Under the pieces are notes generated by a model that saw nothing but the letters and a program-made list of their open reading frames with translations, was not told the DNA's origin and ran no database searches. A stretch of DNA of 61,676 bases from Candidatus Latescibacterota bacterium. GTDB lineage: Bacteria > Latescibacterota > UBA2968 > UBA8231. Location of the stretch: positions 1 to 61,676 of the forward strand of contig CBDBCT010000002.1 of assembly GCA_965203355.1 (NCBI GenBank), given 5' to 3'. The translations under genes were made by a program, and so were the position numbers. Below are positions 49,601 through 60,613 of the stretch, one piece after another (positions within the stretch are counted from its first letter, which is position 1; the number at the start of each line of letters is the position of its first letter).

Positions 49601-50845
49601 GTACACCGAGCCCAGCTCTTCCACGCCCATGTCGCGGTAATTGACGCGGGCGAGGGCTTCGTCGGTGCGGAAGAAAGCCAGCTTTCGCACCGCCTCTAAA
49701 AGGAACCTGTTGGCCAAGGTCGCCTCCGCCAAATCCGGGCACTGATCCGCCCGAAACAAGCCCCCTAAAGCCGGCAAGCCCAGGGCCGGCACCCCTTGGT
49801 CGAGCGCACCAAAGGTAATCCGCAGGCCCTCGTACAGATCGTGGTGGTGGTCAAAATGGCGGCGGCGCGAGGCGCGTTCGCGCAATCGTGCGACAGAATA
49901 CCCCTCGGCAAACAGGGTGCGTTGTTGGGCGGTGGCTCCGGGTACATGCAGCAGCTCGCGCTCTTCGGCTGTAAAGAGAAACAACAAGCGGTAGATAAAT
50001 CGCAGTAGCTGCTGAAAATAGGCCTCGGGCGAGAGCTGCCCGGCGGACAGGGCCTGGCGCAGGGCTGCGTTGTCCGGGTGTTGTAGGAAGCCATTGCCGA
50101 GCTGCCGCAGGGCTTGGGTGACGCCGTCGCGGAGGTTGTCTAAGGCGCGTTCGCCGGTCTGATGGGCTTGGCTGCGCCAGCTTTCGATGATACAACTGGC
50201 CGGCTGGCCATTGGTTGGCTGCAAACGGCTGGCGTGGACGGTGAGCCAAAGCGCCGCAAAATCCGCGTAGAGTCCCTCCGCGAACATCCGGTCCAAATCG
50301 GCCTCAATGCAGGCGCGCCGGGTCAGGCTGGAGTTGTCGCGGAGGAGGCGCAGTTTTGAGCCGTTGGCAACGATCCCCCACAAAGAAGCATCCTCGGCAT
50401 TGAGGTACTCTTGCATCAATTCGTGCGGTGTTTGCCGACGTCCCTCGTCGCCAAAACGCCGCTCGGCCTGGTCGAGTTCAAAGTCGCGCGTGGTCAAAAG
50501 CAGGGGCACCCGCTCACTACAAGCGCGATGAGTTAGCGCAAAACGCCGCTCGCCCAGCACGACGCGCTCAGCCGCGGTCATATCGTCATAGCCGAGGATG
50601 TCGCACAACAAAGGTCTCAGCCATTCGTCCACGCTGGTCTGACGGCCTTTGGCGTACAGATCGTTGGCGATGCGCCAGTAGCGGGCCATTTCCTCCTTGA
50701 GCGCGAGGGACTGAGAGAGGCCGTAGTCAGCGCCGGTCTGGCTGGGGGCCTTTAGGGCGGCGATGGTCTGTAGGAACTCAGGCGGCAAAATGCCGCCTTC
50801 GGCCCTAAGAGCCGTGAATCCATGCTCTTTTCGTGTGCGTGCCAT
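46639..50845 (-). CDS. Eco57I/type IIG-like adenine methyltransferase, currently frameshifted at an (ACGC)5 tract
   Basis: LGSVYESLLE, GSYYTP, IDPACGSGHF, GNPPW, LPLYEAK; C-terminal part (NSLPLDW, VKQLPVL, LELTYT, GEYRT) lies in ORF 46639-47541. Confidence 0.88.
47515..47534 (-). repeat. Tetranucleotide repeat (ACGC)5
   Basis: gcgt five times on the + strand, exactly at the frame break. Confidence 0.9.
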
Positions 50846-50951
50846 TTTTGCTTTTTATCGCCCGTTTTCCGCTCAATTATAGGGATTGTTGTGCTTCTGG
50901 TTGGTGGTGCCGTGCGCACGGGCGACGATGTGATCTATGTGGAAGTCGACC

Positions 50952-51776
50952 TCACGCTAAGTCTCCTTCGGTTAGGTTAAGTGTTGGATCTGGCCATAGC
51001 CATTGGCCACACTGGAACAGCCGATCTACCGTATGATCTCCATTCCAGAAATGCTCGGCGTCCACCTCGAATACCCAGCGTTTCTCGTGGCCTACTTCGT
51101 CAATAAAATCGCGCTTCTTCCGATTGGTGCTGTTGACCTCGATGACAAAGTGGTCCGTGTTTTTGGGTTCAGGCATACGATCCAAGCAGGATTTGGAGAT
51201 CGGGTTTTTGCGGCTTTCCTTGACGAGCCTGTCAACAACCGCCCCCGTTAGGTTTTCAATGATCCCAAATTGACTGTTAGGGGTTGGAAGGTCATCGGTG
51301 TCAGGAGGAAGCCCAATCCCGATCAGTTTTTCTTCTCGGCTAACCTGAGCTTCATAAAAAGGCTCTGTCGCCCTAAAGTGTGTGTCAAACATGTGCCACA
51401 GAATGAACTGTTCTAGCGTGTGAGGGTCGTTGAACGCTTTTTCATAATTGAACACGTCCAACATGTCATCGCGCCGGTCAATAGGGGCCATGTCTTGGAA
51501 GCAACTTTTTATCCTGTCTACGAGATCGGGCAAGATGATAATGTCCGCCTTGATGTCATACCTTCTCTTGTTATCCGGGTTGTGATTCTCACGGCTAACC
51601 CCTGTAAACGTGACATGTTCGGGAATGACCAAGTCTGAGTGCCGAGGAAAGGTATAAGACCACCCCAACACAAAGTTGTGGTCTTCCTCCCACCGCTTTT
51701 TGGCCAAGTCTATTCTCCGATTAAACTCATCGAAAATCCACTCTTGTACTTGGTTGTGGAGTTTGCTAGGACTCAT
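50952..51776 (-). CDS. Hypothetical protein, possible PD-(D/E)XK-like nuclease
   Basis: 274 aa with GGAGA RBS, lower GC; ADIII...VIEV motifs are only suggestive. Confidence 0.55.
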   Translation of the reverse strand: MSPSKLHNQVQEWIFDEFNRRIDLAKKRWEEDHNFVLGWSYTFPRHSDLVIPEHVTFTGVSRENHNPDNKRRYDIKADIIILPDLVDRIKSCFQDMAPIDRRDDMLDVFNYEKAFNDPHTLEQFILWHMFDTHFRATEPFYEAQVSREEKLIGIGLPPDTDDLPTPNSQFGIIENLTGAVVDRLVKESRKNPISKSCLDRMPEPKNTDHFVIEVNSTNRKKRDFIDEVGHEKRWVFEVDAEHFWNGDHTVDRLFQCGQWLWPDPTLNLTEGDLA

Positions 51777-51885
51777 GCCTTCTCCTCTCGTGGTGTCTTA
51801 CCACTGTGTTAATAAGACCTCTTCAACCTCGTCTCCCGCGTCCGCCTTGAAGCCGTCGTCGTCGTCCGAGTAGGGTCTTGCCGGT

Positions 51886-52098
51886 TCATGGTTTATTAAC
51901 CTTCTCCAGTTGACCAGCGAGGTTCAAAAGCAGGGTGTGCATGTCACACGCATAGCGACCTGCGTCTCGAAACACTTCTTGCCGCTCAGCGTCGTTTTTG
52001 GCACGGTTATAGGCGGCGATCAGCAAGTCAGGGGTGCCGCCTTGTTTGGCACATAGGCCCAGGCTTGCCAGCACTTTTTGCTCCTTAGGGTTGTTCAT
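51886..52098 (-). CDS. Small hypothetical protein (70 aa)
   Basis: MNNPKEQK... ORF downstream of the SNF2 gene. Confidence 0.45.
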   Translation of the reverse strand: MNNPKEQKVLASLGLCAKQGGTPDLLIAAYNRAKNDAERQEVFRDAGRYACDMHTLLLNLAGQLEKVNKP

Positions 52099-52129
52099 CT
52101 TCAAGGTCCTGATCTGACTCCTAACCGCT

Positions 52130-54976
52130 TCACAAGCGCGCCATGGGCATAAAAACATAGACCCCGATTGTATCAACCGGCAGTGCCGGGGTCGCGTCGT
52201 ACCGCAGGCCCTTAGCATCGCTGGCGTCGCGGATGCGCCGGTGATCGGCCAACAACGTCCGGGCGCGCTCGTGGGCGAGGCGAGTAAAGGTATCTGCTAG
52301 GGTAGGGCTGGGGAGGGCTTCCCGAATTAGGCGGGTTTTCTGGCCGTCTGCCATGTTGCGACCCGGCTCTAAGGATAGGAGCGACAGGGCCTCTTCCTGG
52401 GGCAATAGTTCAGGGTCGTTACCCCCGCGTACCGCCACGCCAAGACACTCCTCGGTCAGCAGGGACTTCAGCAGCGCGTACTGGCCGTCGGCCCCGCGCT
52501 GCTCCACTTGAAGCTGACTGCGCAGACGCAACAGGTAGAGCACGGTGCGGGTGTGAATACCTCGTGCGAACATGGCACTGGCCCGGGCCCCGAGGTCGGG
52601 TTGCCCCGCGTCGAGGGCCTGTTCGGCCACGTAATCGGCCAGTGTTGCAACCAGCGGATGGGCCCGGTGGATGTAGGTTGCCCCGGTTGGCGCGGGTTGG
52701 GCAAAGGCGAGTCTAGCGGTCGCGCCGAAGCCGAGGGCCTCAAGGCGGTCTTGCAGCGGTTTGGGTAGGTGGGCAACGGCTAAGCGACTGTACCCGTTCC
52801 GTTGGTCCAGCGGTGCCTCCAAGCGGTCGGCAGCCAAGCGGACAAAACGCGCCACGTCCTCCGGCCCGCCGAGTACAGAAACCGCCTTCCGCCATTCCGG
52901 TAGCACATCGTCGGGCCTTAGTCGCCGCTGGGCAAACACCGTGCGGGTGATCTGCCCTTGGGCCGTTTCCCACGCTTGGTCCACTTCAGCCTCGGTCTCG
53001 CCAAAATCGAGGCGTGCCTGCGCGGTGCGGAAACTACCGACGCCTTGCAGGAGAACGGCTTGCATGATGGCATCGACGACCTTGTCGTTGTCGGCAGGCA
53101 AAGGCACCGCCACGCCCAGCTCGGTGCGAATTTTCTCGGCCTTGCGCAGGATCACGCGGAGCATGGCCCCGTCAACCGGATTGTCCTCGCCGTAGAGCAT
53201 CAAGGTGCGCACCGTCGGTGCTGCCTGCCCAAAGCGGTCGGCCCGGCCCTCGCGCTGCTCGTGGCGGGTCGGATTCCAAGCGAGATCGTAGTGTACTACT
53301 GCATTGAAGTGCCGTTGTAGGTTGATGCCTTCGGAGAGGCAGTCGGTGGCCACGAGGACCGGCACGATGTCTTCGCCTAAAGTGCCGAGCTCCTCCACTT
53401 GCTGTTCGCGCTGGTACGAGGTCAACTCGCCAGAAATGGCCGCGATGCGGGTTTTCTCCGCCGGTAGAGCGCGTTTTAGGTACTCGCCGAGGTAGTGGGC
53501 CGTGGCGATGTAGCGGCAGAACACCACCGGCTTGAAGCCCGCGGCGATGAGCTTTTGCACTTCAGCGATAAGGGTCTTCAGCTTGGGGTCTTGCTGGGGA
53601 CCGCGGAGCGCGTCCGCTCGCCTAATGAGCCGACGCAGCGCCTCGGCATCCTCGGGTGCTTCGAGGGTGCCAGCCGGTACGCTCTCGTCGAGCGTCAGCG
53701 CATCGTCGGCCCCGGCATCGAGGACCGTTTCGCTTGCCGCTTGGTCCAATTCGGTCTCGCTCTCGGCCGCTTGAAGTCGCGTCCGCAGTGCCAGCACGGC
53801 GGCGGCCGGGCTAGAAGAAACGCATCGTAGCAGGGCCAAGGCCGCCCACCAAGACATGCGCTGCTGTAGCTTAGTGCCGTCCTTGGCCTGCTCAACCATG
53901 GTCCGCGCATAGGAAAGCACATCGTCGAAGATCTGCCCCCAGTCGCCGGTCAACCGGTACGTAGCTTCCCGGCGCGCGCGGACGGGAAAGCCGGTCGTAT
54001 CTTTCCACTCGGCAATATCGCCGCGCCGCCGTTGGACAAAATGGTTGGCTAGTTCATCGCGCAGCAATCTACGCTCCTCGCCTTCGGGCATCTCGGCCAA
54101 CTGCGCGAACCTCGGGTCCAACAGGCCCAAGAGGTTGTGAAAAGCGGCCTCGTCGCCCGAGTGCGGAGTGGCGGTGAGGAATACCATACTGCGTTTAGGC
54201 TCGCGCTCGGCGAGGCCCTTGAGCAGCCGATAGCGCTGATGGCGGGCGGCGGTATTGGACTGAACGCAGGTGTGGGCCTCGTCCACTAGGACCAATTCCG
54301 GGCAAGCGCGCAGGAAGTCACTCCGCCGCTGATCGGATTTGATGTAGTCAAGGGAGACAACCGTATGAGGATAGACCTCAAAAATGGACTCGTCCGGTCG
54401 CAGGCCGCGTTCAAGGCGGGCCGCTGTACCCGTGCGGACGACCTCCGCCTCGATACTGAACTTTTCGGCCAGCTCTTGCTGCCACTGCTCGCATAGATGC
54501 GGCGGACAGAGCACCGCAAGCTGTTTGATCTCGCCGCGATCGATAAGCTCTCGTGCTATCAGACCGGCCTCAATGGTCTTGCCAATACCAACATCGTCGG
54601 CGATCAGGAGGCGGATGGTGTCCAGCTTGAGTGCCATAAGCAATGGCACGAGTTGATAGGCGCGCGGTTCGACATTGATGTTGCCGAAACTGCGAAAGGG
54701 ACCCGCCCCGGCCCGCAGTTTCAGGCGCAGGGCATCCCGCAAGAGCAGCGCGGCTTCTTGCGCGCCCGGCTTGTTGGGATCGGGCGGGGGAAAAGTCGCT
54801 TGGGTCGGCGGTTTAGGCTCTATGGGCAAATAGATGAGCGTAGCATCGTCTTCGGCTCCGCCGAGCGGTCGGAGTTTCAGCCAGTCGGCGTCCCGTTCGG
54901 GCAGCACGACCCATTCGCGCCCCCGCACTCTAACCAAATCTCCCGGATTGGGTTTGAACTCAACGACTGACTCCAT
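52130..54976 (-). CDS. SNF2-like helicase (DrmD-like)
   Basis: ADDVGIGKT, VDEAH, TATPH, EGINLQ, WNPTRHEQREGR. Confidence 0.9.
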   Translation of the reverse strand: MESVVEFKPNPGDLVRVRGREWVVLPERDADWLKLRPLGGAEDDATLIYLPIEPKPPTQATFPPPDPNKPGAQEAALLLRDALRLKLRAGAGPFRSFGNINVEPRAYQLVPLLMALKLDTIRLLIADDVGIGKTIEAGLIARELIDRGEIKQLAVLCPPHLCEQWQQELAEKFSIEAEVVRTGTAARLERGLRPDESIFEVYPHTVVSLDYIKSDQRRSDFLRACPELVLVDEAHTCVQSNTAARHQRYRLLKGLAEREPKRSMVFLTATPHSGDEAAFHNLLGLLDPRFAQLAEMPEGEERRLLRDELANHFVQRRRGDIAEWKDTTGFPVRARREATYRLTGDWGQIFDDVLSYARTMVEQAKDGTKLQQRMSWWAALALLRCVSSSPAAAVLALRTRLQAAESETELDQAASETVLDAGADDALTLDESVPAGTLEAPEDAEALRRLIRRADALRGPQQDPKLKTLIAEVQKLIAAGFKPVVFCRYIATAHYLGEYLKRALPAEKTRIAAISGELTSYQREQQVEELGTLGEDIVPVLVATDCLSEGINLQRHFNAVVHYDLAWNPTRHEQREGRADRFGQAAPTVRTLMLYGEDNPVDGAMLRVILRKAEKIRTELGVAVPLPADNDKVVDAIMQAVLLQGVGSFRTAQARLDFGETEAEVDQAWETAQGQITRTVFAQRRLRPDDVLPEWRKAVSVLGGPEDVARFVRLAADRLEAPLDQRNGYSRLAVAHLPKPLQDRLEALGFGATARLAFAQPAPTGATYIHRAHPLVATLADYVAEQALDAGQPDLGARASAMFARGIHTRTVLYLLRLRSQLQVEQRGADGQYALLKSLLTEECLGVAVRGGNDPELLPQEEALSLLSLEPGRNMADGQKTRLIREALPSPTLADTFTRLAHERARTLLADHRRIRDASDAKGLRYDATPALPVDTIGVYVFMPMARL

Positions 54977-55068
54977 CGCAGCAATGCCTTATCGTTTAGA
55001 ACCTGTTTGAAAACCGCACTCATCCCCGGCGCCCGCGGTGCCTAGCGGAACGATTCGCCGGCCAATCC

Positions 55069-58000
55069 CTACGCTCGGCCCTTGCCCGGTCCGAAAACCC
55101 AAGCGTATTCCTCTACAATGTGGCCCCACAATGCTCGGTTTGCCGGGAACCGCACGACCGTGAATCCCGCGTCCTCAAGACGCTGGGTTATCTCAGCATC
55201 GCGGCTTGTGTAGTACTCTTTGCTACCCTCGCTGACGGTTTGTCCTTCAACGTGCTGTTTCGTCTGGCCCTGCCCACCGTGGTGAGGGCCGTCGATATAG
55301 ATCAGCGTTTGCTGGTCGGCGTAGGCAAAATCGGGACGGGTACTGAACGCTTCTAAGTAGGGCTGCGCCCGATTAGGCAAGCGGTATCCATTCGTTTTAA
55401 GGTAGTTGAGCCACGCCTGCTCTAGGCTCGAAGTCGATGCGTTCATCAGGCTATTAAAGCTATCGTTAGCCTCTGATACAGAGGCGGATGTCTCGCGCTC
55501 GCTCCGGGTCAGGCGACAGAGGAGGTTGAGCATGGCTTCGTTGCGCCGGTCCATGTTGGCGTGGTCTGGCTGGTTGTAATAGCTCAGTAAGCAGCGGTAG
55601 CAACCCGCCTCACAGTCCGGGGCCTGATCCGCCAGATCGCTGAAATCGGTCCAAGCACCGGATTTTGAGGTGAAATGGCAAATGTCTAGGGCTTGGCGGG
55701 CGACCCGGGCTAGCGCGGTGGGATCATTGGTAAGACGGGTGAGGACGCCGGCACCGCCTTCGGCGGCCTCGTAAAAAAGGATGGCCGTGCGGTTGTGTTG
55801 GTCGGGCAGTGGCTCGGCCGCCAGCTCGATCTCTTCTAATTGAAATTCCTGTTCAATGCCGCGTTTGAGCGCGTACTGCAACGAGGTAATCGCTTCGATT
55901 GGCAGATTGGCCAGTGGTTGAACCACGAGGACGTTGCGAGTGTCTTCGACAAAGGGCGTGATGCGCTCAATGGTTTTGCCGTCTTGCACCCCATCGTCTT
56001 CTACATCCGTAGGGTCTTGTGCGTCTTTGGTCCACTCGCCGGTATGAGCATCGACACTGAAACCGTAAATGGACTTCTGCTCGCGCCGCCGCCAGCCCAA
56101 ATTAATGCGCCAAATCGTCGCGGCCGGGCCGTATTTGAGTTGCAAGAGCGGCTCGCCTTGCTCCTGCACCTCGATGCCCGCAAAGCACGGCTTGCCGTTT
56201 TCTTCGGCAAAGCGCAGTGCCGTAATCATCTCGTATCCTTGCCGTTGTCTTTCTTCCTCGTCCGAGGTGATGCGCGTGGCGCGTCGCGTGGCGACCTGTT
56301 CGATGCGATAGAGATTGACGACGCTACGCCCGCCGGTGAGGAGCGCATCGCAGTTGGCACAGCGTTCAGAGTCCTTCTGCTTGCCAAAATGCCCGTAGCC
56401 GCAGGCTGGGCAGATGCGTACCGCTTGTACCGGCAACTGGGTCGAGGGGATGGCGGAAGCCTCGTCGCGCACGGTGAGAATAATGCGCCGCACGCGATAG
56501 GTGCTGCCTTCGTGGTAGATAATGGATTGCGGACCAAACTCGGAAAGCCCCAAAAACCGGGGCCGGCTCAAAAACGAGTCCCGCACTACTTTCTCGTTGC
56601 GTCCCGGGATAAAGGCCATAAGCGGCAAGCGCGGAAAGTTGTACCCCGGCAAAAAGCCCTCGGCCGCAAGGTAGCGATAGGTATGAAAATCTGAGTTAGC
56701 CGTCCGCCGGCTGGCGAGGAGTAGATTCTGCTGGGTGTAGGCTTCGTCGTAGCGCGTCTTAGCCTCGCGGCGGTCCTGTTCGGTCGCGGCGGCGTTGTTG
56801 ATGATGTCACTGGCGGATTTTAGCTGACTGGCGGTAGCCCGATAAAGAGAGCGCCAGCGGCCAAAGGCTTCGTCAAAACAGCGTCTTACCGAATTCATCG
56901 CACTGCCCAACCACGTTTCCGTGTACCAAGGGGCGGCTCCCTTAGCCAGGTCGTCAGCGAGCATGGCGAGCAGGCGCTGCGCCCGCTGTTGGGCTTGGCT
57001 CAACGCTCTGGCACTGCCGATGGATTCGGCGAGATGTTCGTGCAAAGGGAGTGCGGTCGGTTCTTCTCGGTTGATAACATCGCACACGGAAGTGCCTAGC
57101 ATAACGCCGGTCTCGGCCAGCCAGACCGCGTGTAGATGGCTGCGGATGAGGTCTTCATTCGCTAGATCAACAGTCGGCGGATTGACCGCACCCGAGACCA
57201 TGCGCGTTGGTTCGGAAAAAAAGTACTGGTCGTGCGGCGACAAAGCCGCGCAGTACGTGATAACCAAGGCCGGTTGGCCGCTGCGCCCAGCACGTCCACT
57301 GCGCTGCACGTAATTGGCTGGCGTGGGCGGCACGTTCCGCATATAGACCGCGTTGAGTGCCGCAATATCCACCCCGAGTTCCATGGTCGGCGAGCAGAAT
57401 AGAATCGGCAAGCCGGCCGGCTCCTCTTTACCTTCGACGATGCGTTCGGGCTCAAGCCCCCGGCGGAAGCGGGCCTCCCGTTCGGCGCGAACCTCGGAAT
57501 CCACTTGGGCGGTATGCTCGCGGGCTTCGAGCTGGTGCAGGAAACAGTCATCGCCTTCTAACAGCCGGGCGACATTCCTGTACAGATCGCAGAAGAACGG
57601 ATTGGCCGACTTGCTCGGCGCCGCAGATAGATGCCATTCAAGTGCCGAGCTATCAATCCGATAGCCGAAGCGGCCGCCGTCCAACTCGGTGGGCTCCACA
57701 TAGCCATAGACAGTCAGAACGCGCAAAATGTCGTCGATGACACGGTTGTAAACATGCTCATCGAACTTGACCGGATAATGAGGATTGTCGTGGCCCCACA
57801 CGGCCTGAGACTTGAGCCACCGCCCGAAGGCGGAGCGATGAGACATGTGCAATAGATAGTCCTGCTGGCGGGCTTTGGACCTTGGGCGCGGAACCATGAA
57901 GGTGTGCGAGGAAAGTTTTTCGTCTTCGGACAGCCCCCAGGGTTCTTTCAGATCGTTGAAGCTCCGGTTGCGGAGCTGCTCTTGGAAACTCAGGTCGAGA

Positions 58001-60366
58001 TAGATGGTCTTGATGCAGAGTGATTTGCGCATCTGGTCGAGGAGCTTAGCGACGATGTCAGATCGACGCGACGGCTCTATTGCCCCGAGCAGCGGATGAC
58101 CCTGCCGCCATTCTTGCTCATCTTCGCAACAAGTCTCCAAGTCCCGGTATCCAATATCTAGCAGCCCGAGCTGATCCAAGTTGGGATTGTTGATGCGCCA
58201 ACCCCGCTTTAAGTCGAAATAGAGGCGATAACCCAGCACGTCGCGCAGGGTTTTAAGGGTGTTCTGCGCCCGGATGCCCTTGGTGCCGGGATTGGCGGCG
58301 TAGTCAACGGGCTCCAAGTGCAGGTGCTCGAACACCCGTTGGGTCAGGATGTCGTCGGTAAGTTCCCCATCCTTTTGTATGGCAGCTAGCAGCGCACCCC
58401 GCAGCAAAAGCGTTTGAATGAAATCGTTGAAGTGCCCCGCTTGGAGGCTGGCGTCTTGTCGATTGTCGGTAAAGGCAAGCAACTTTTTGGTGTTCGCATC
58501 GAGGCTGGTGCCGATCAGATGCCTTAGAGCGGACAGAGCCAGCATGGTTGTGGCCGAACTGCGACCTTCGCTGGACAGGCTGGCGAGCTTGCTTAGGTCG
58601 CTGCGCTTGCTGCCGTCGTAGTACGCATCGCAGTCCGCGTTGAGACAGAAGCGAAACAAGCCAGGTATGAACCATGCCGGTAGCCCGTGGGCGGCGATCT
58701 CGCCGAGCGTATCCACGCAAACGGGAATGGGACAATAGCGTTTGTAGTAGGGCTTGAGACGTGGCTCCCCCTGGTGAAATTCCAGCCAATCTTCGGGGTA
58801 ATGGCCTTCTATATCCGTCGAGTCAAAGGTCCCCTCGCTGTCCGGCATGAGATAGCCGTAGCAGGTCGCCTCTTCCGCCTCTTCTTTGTTTAATCGTTCG
58901 GAAAGTTGGCGGGGGCTGAAAGCCGTGGGCGACTTAGCCTCTATTGTCGCCCAGACCGGGAAGTACTCCTGACCACACTGGCGGCAAAAAGAAAGGTTGA
59001 ACAAGAGGCGACTGCGGTCCCCCGGTTTGAATTGCTGGCCCGCTAAGGTGATAAAACGCTGCCTAGGTACTTCTAGGGTGGCATACGCATTTGCGGGACT
59101 ACTGATGAACTGATGGAGTCGGAAGGAGAAAAAATTGCGGCCGCTATCGCTCTGGCTTTGATAGGCCGCAGTTAGGAACTTCACGAGGTATTCTCGGCAA
59201 AGCGGCTCCGGCAAGCCGCTATCTTGGGCGAGTAATTTTCCCGCTTCAACAACCGTTTGCGGGCGGGCGATGCGGACGATCTGGCCGTCCTGATCTTCTA
59301 AACCGAGCTTGCGCTCTACCCAAGCTGCCACCGGATGGCTTGACAATTCAGCGTGCGTTGCGCTGTCGGCCACCCCCATCTCAATGGCTTGTCGCAGACA
59401 GGCGGAATCAGTAGAGATGTCGTTGTTGGTAACTGGCTCAAGCGTTTCGGTGATGATGTGGTCCGCGCTGACCCGAGCACCAAATAGCCGACTGGCGATG
59501 TTGGCAACAATCTCATTCCGCTGCTGGGCCGACCCCGCTGAGGCTATGGTGGCAGAGGTGCCGATACAGAGGAGATGTTCGTTGAACCGTTCCCGCACCC
59601 GCCGGATCAACAAAGCCACATCAGCACCCTGTCGCCCCCGGTAGGTGTGCAACTCGTCCAAAACCAGAAACCGCAGCCCGGCGGCGTGTTGCCGCACCGC
59701 TTTATCGGTCTCGACGAATCGCGTCATGAGCAGTTCGAGCATGACGTAGTTCGTCAGGAGAATATCCGGGGGATTTTTCGCAATGTGCGCGCGCTCTTCG
59801 TTGGTTTCTTGGCCGGTATAGCGGGCAAAAGTCACCGGTTGGTTGCCCGCGTCGTAGCCGCGGCGCAGAAACTTTTCCAGCTCCTCAAACTGGCTGTTGC
59901 ACAGCGCATTCATCGGATAGACAACAATGGCAGAGATGCCTTTGCAAGGATCGCCAGACTTCTTCCGCCGCAATACGTCATTGACAATGGGGATGAAGTA
60001 ACTGAGCGATTTGCCGGAGCCTGTACCCGTCGTCAAGACATAGCTCTCGCCCCGGCTAGCGATAGCGATGGCTTCGGCTTGGTGTTTGTGCAACACCAGC
60101 GGTTGGGCCGGAAGAGCGGTTGGGGGCTTGATGCGAAAGATGTGGGCGCATTCCGCATCGAGCGTGCCGTTTGCCACAAACGCTTCAATAGACCCACCCG
60201 GCACGAAATTGGGGTTCAACTGGATGAGGGGAGCAGGCCAGAAACGGCCACTGTCATACGCCTCATCAACAACCGCGCGAATGTCGGCTGCCCGGATACG
60301 GATGAAGCTACGTGAGAAGCGTTCGTACTCTGAAACGAGTTCCTCGCGGAATGCGAAGACGTCCAT
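55069..60366 (-). CDS. Large DEAD/DEAH helicase with DUF1998-like region and C-terminal Vsr/DUF559-like nuclease
   Basis: TGTGSGKS, YPMNAL, LDELH, MELGVDI, QRSGRAGR; CEAGCYRCLLSYYNQ; RPDF..IYIDGPHH..RD..GFTVVRF. Confidence 0.9.
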   Translation of the reverse strand: MDVFAFREELVSEYERFSRSFIRIRAADIRAVVDEAYDSGRFWPAPLIQLNPNFVPGGSIEAFVANGTLDAECAHIFRIKPPTALPAQPLVLHKHQAEAIAIASRGESYVLTTGTGSGKSLSYFIPIVNDVLRRKKSGDPCKGISAIVVYPMNALCNSQFEELEKFLRRGYDAGNQPVTFARYTGQETNEERAHIAKNPPDILLTNYVMLELLMTRFVETDKAVRQHAAGLRFLVLDELHTYRGRQGADVALLIRRVRERFNEHLLCIGTSATIASAGSAQQRNEIVANIASRLFGARVSADHIITETLEPVTNNDISTDSACLRQAIEMGVADSATHAELSSHPVAAWVERKLGLEDQDGQIVRIARPQTVVEAGKLLAQDSGLPEPLCREYLVKFLTAAYQSQSDSGRNFFSFRLHQFISSPANAYATLEVPRQRFITLAGQQFKPGDRSRLLFNLSFCRQCGQEYFPVWATIEAKSPTAFSPRQLSERLNKEEAEEATCYGYLMPDSEGTFDSTDIEGHYPEDWLEFHQGEPRLKPYYKRYCPIPVCVDTLGEIAAHGLPAWFIPGLFRFCLNADCDAYYDGSKRSDLSKLASLSSEGRSSATTMLALSALRHLIGTSLDANTKKLLAFTDNRQDASLQAGHFNDFIQTLLLRGALLAAIQKDGELTDDILTQRVFEHLHLEPVDYAANPGTKGIRAQNTLKTLRDVLGYRLYFDLKRGWRINNPNLDQLGLLDIGYRDLETCCEDEQEWRQGHPLLGAIEPSRRSDIVAKLLDQMRKSLCIKTIYLDLSFQEQLRNRSFNDLKEPWGLSEDEKLSSHTFMVPRPRSKARQQDYLLHMSHRSAFGRWLKSQAVWGHDNPHYPVKFDEHVYNRVIDDILRVLTVYGYVEPTELDGGRFGYRIDSSALEWHLSAAPSKSANPFFCDLYRNVARLLEGDDCFLHQLEAREHTAQVDSEVRAEREARFRRGLEPERIVEGKEEPAGLPILFCSPTMELGVDIAALNAVYMRNVPPTPANYVQRSGRAGRSGQPALVITYCAALSPHDQYFFSEPTRMVSGAVNPPTVDLANEDLIRSHLHAVWLAETGVMLGTSVCDVINREEPTALPLHEHLAESIGSARALSQAQQRAQRLLAMLADDLAKGAAPWYTETWLGSAMNSVRRCFDEAFGRWRSLYRATASQLKSASDIINNAAATEQDRREAKTRYDEAYTQQNLLLASRRTANSDFHTYRYLAAEGFLPGYNFPRLPLMAFIPGRNEKVVRDSFLSRPRFLGLSEFGPQSIIYHEGSTYRVRRIILTVRDEASAIPSTQLPVQAVRICPACGYGHFGKQKDSERCANCDALLTGGRSVVNLYRIEQVATRRATRITSDEEERQRQGYEMITALRFAEENGKPCFAGIEVQEQGEPLLQLKYGPAATIWRINLGWRRREQKSIYGFSVDAHTGEWTKDAQDPTDVEDDGVQDGKTIERITPFVEDTRNVLVVQPLANLPIEAITSLQYALKRGIEQEFQLEEIELAAEPLPDQHNRTAILFYEAAEGGAGVLTRLTNDPTALARVARQALDICHFTSKSGAWTDFSDLADQAPDCEAGCYRCLLSYYNQPDHANMDRRNEAMLNLLCRLTRSERETSASVSEANDSFNSLMNASTSSLEQAWLNYLKTNGYRLPNRAQPYLEAFSTRPDFAYADQQTLIYIDGPHHGGQGQTKQHVEGQTVSEGSKEYYTSRDAEITQRLEDAGFTVVRFPANRALWGHIVEEYAWVFGPGKGRA

Positions 60367-60440
60367 TGGATTCCTTCCTGTTGCCCGGACAGATTAATTG
60401 CAGTCGTTATCGTCTGCTGCTTACTATCGGTCTGCTCGGG

Positions 60441-60466
60441 GTCATTCCTGCGAAAACGGGAATCCA
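60441..60466. repeat. REP-like palindrome
   Basis: gtcattcctgcgaaaacgggaatcca resembles the widespread GTCATTCCCGCG..GCGGGAATCCA element. Confidence 0.5.
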
Positions 60467-60613
60467 GTCAGTATGAGCCCGGGCCGCAGATGGGCCTTTC
60501 TCGATGCCTGCTTGTGCGGGTAAAAAAAGCTGCGCAACGTTAGTTAATAACTTCAACTAGGTCAATCAACAGCGGCATCGCGCCTTCAAGACAGGGACGC
60601 CTCCCCAATGCCT

